This document shows positions 62,801 through 64,000 of a stretch of 64,000 nt of DNA, in pieces. The DNA is from Heterodontus francisci (lineage: Eukaryota). The translations under genes were made by a program, and so were the position numbers. The DNA lies in assembly GCF_036365525.1 (NCBI RefSeq), contig NC_090399.1, positions 66,706,862-66,770,861 on the forward strand, given 5' to 3'. Numbering within the stretch: the first letter of the stretch is position 1; every line of letters starts with the position of its first letter. The notes beneath the pieces were generated by a model. It was not told where the DNA came from. It did no database searches and saw nothing but the letters and a program-made list of their open reading frames with translations.

Positions 62801-64000
62801 GAGGGAGGGTCAGTGCTGAGCAGTGTGAGGTTCCAGTCTCACTACAGGAGGGAGGGAGGGTCAGTGCTGAGCTGTGTGAAGATCCATTCTCACTAAAGGA
62901 GGGAGGGTCAGTGCTGAGCTGCGTGAGGATCCGGTCTCACTACAGGAGGGTGGGTCAGTGCTGAGCTGTGTGAGGATCCAGTTTCACTACAGGAGGGAGG
63001 ATCAGTGCTGAGCTGTGTGAGGATCCAGTCTGACTACAGGAGGGAGGGTCAGTGCTGAGCTGTGTGAGGATCCAGTCTCACTACAGGAGGGAGGGTCAGT
63101 GCTGAGCTGTGTGAGGATCCAGTCTCACTCCAGGAGGGAGGGTCAGTGCTGAGCTGTGAGACGATCCAGTCTCACTACAGGAGGGAGGGTCAGTGCTGAG
63201 CTGTGTGAGGATCCAGTCTGACTACAGGAGGGAGGGTCAGTGCTGAGCTGTGTGAGGATCCAGTCTCACTACAGGAGGGAGGGTCAGTGCTGAGCTGTAT
63301 GAGGATCCAGTCTCACTACAGGAGGGAGGGTCAGTGTAGGGCTGTGTGAGGATCCAGTCTCACTACAGGAGGGAGGGAGGGTCAGTGCTGAGCTGTGTGA
63401 GGATCCAGTCTCACTACAGGAGGGAGGGAGGGTCAGTGCTGAGCTGTGTGAGGATCCAGTCTCACTACAGGAGGGCGGGTCAATGCTGAGCTGTGTGAGG
63501 ATCCAGTCTCACGACAGGAGGGAGGGAGGGTCAGTGCTGAGCTGTGTGAGGATCCAGTCTCAATACAGGAGGGAGCGTCAGTGCTGAGCTGTGTGAGGAT
63601 CCAGTTTCACTGCAGGAGGGAGGGTCAGTGCTGAGCTGTGTGAGGATCCAGTCTCACCGCAGGAGGGAGAGTCAGTGCTGAGCTGTGTGAGGATCCAGTC
63701 TCACTGCAGGAGGGAGGGTCAGTGCTGAGCTGTGTGAGGATCCAGTCTCACTACAGGAGGCAGGGTCAGTGCTGAGCTGTGTGAGGATCCAGTCTCACTA
63801 CAGAAGGGAGGGAGGGTCAGTGCTGAGCTGTGTGAGGATCCAGTCTCACTACAGGAGGGCGGGTCAGTGCTGAGCTGTGTGAGGATCCAGTCTCACTACA
63901 GGAGGCAGGGTCAGTGCTGAGCTGTGTGAGGATCCAGTCTCTCTACAGGAGGGAGGGAGGGTCAGTGCTGAGCTGTGTGAGGATCCAGTCTCACGACAGG
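38838..64000 (+). repeat. 47/51-bp minisatellite (consensus GCTGAGCTGTGTGAGGATCCAGTCTCACTACAGGAGGGAGGGTCAGT, with or without an extra GGAG; about 520 units), filling the intron after alpha3 and continuing past the right edge
   Basis: Uninterrupted tandem units start about 19 nt after the alpha3 donor. Most units carry a BamHI site (GGATCC). I saw no unique sequence up to 64000. Confidence 0.98.

Noticed and set aside
38838-64000. CRISPR-like regular short repeats and LSCVRIQSHYRREG ORFs
   Set aside because: The units are head-to-tail with no unique spacers, there are no cas genes, and the context is a eukaryotic spliced gene. The ORFs are repeat translations.
1-64000. Transposable elements, tRNA/rRNA genes, telomeric repeats
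   Set aside because: I saw no terminal repeats, poly-A tails, transposase or RT coding, RNA-gene motifs or TTAGGG arrays. The introns appear free of interspersed elements.

Overview
Vertebrate genomic DNA, most likely from a cartilaginous fish, holding the middle of one MHC class I heavy-chain gene on the + strand. Three intact phase-1 exons are present: alpha1 (14559-14819), alpha2 (14969-15241) and alpha3/Ig-C1 (38555-38818). They splice in frame and closely resemble shark UAA-lineage class I as I recall it. The leader and TM/cytoplasmic exons lie outside the window. About 98% of the window is three different intronic tandem arrays: a 137-bp unit upstream of alpha1 (at least 14.5 kb), a purine-rich ~30-bp unit between alpha2 and alpha3 (23 kb), and a 47/51-bp unit after alpha3 (at least 25 kb). 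The alpha1-alpha2 intron is only 149 bp. The most striking observation is that the arrays appear to be built from the gene's own exon/splice-junction sequence. The 137-bp unit is the alpha1 3' splice acceptor fused to a degenerate copy of the alpha1-helix coding segment (PEYWERQTQ...). The 30-bp unit is the alpha2 exon end fused to its GTGAGT donor. The real exons therefore sit beside about 100 decoy acceptors and hundreds of decoy donors. Almost all ORFs in the supplied track are repeat artefacts.
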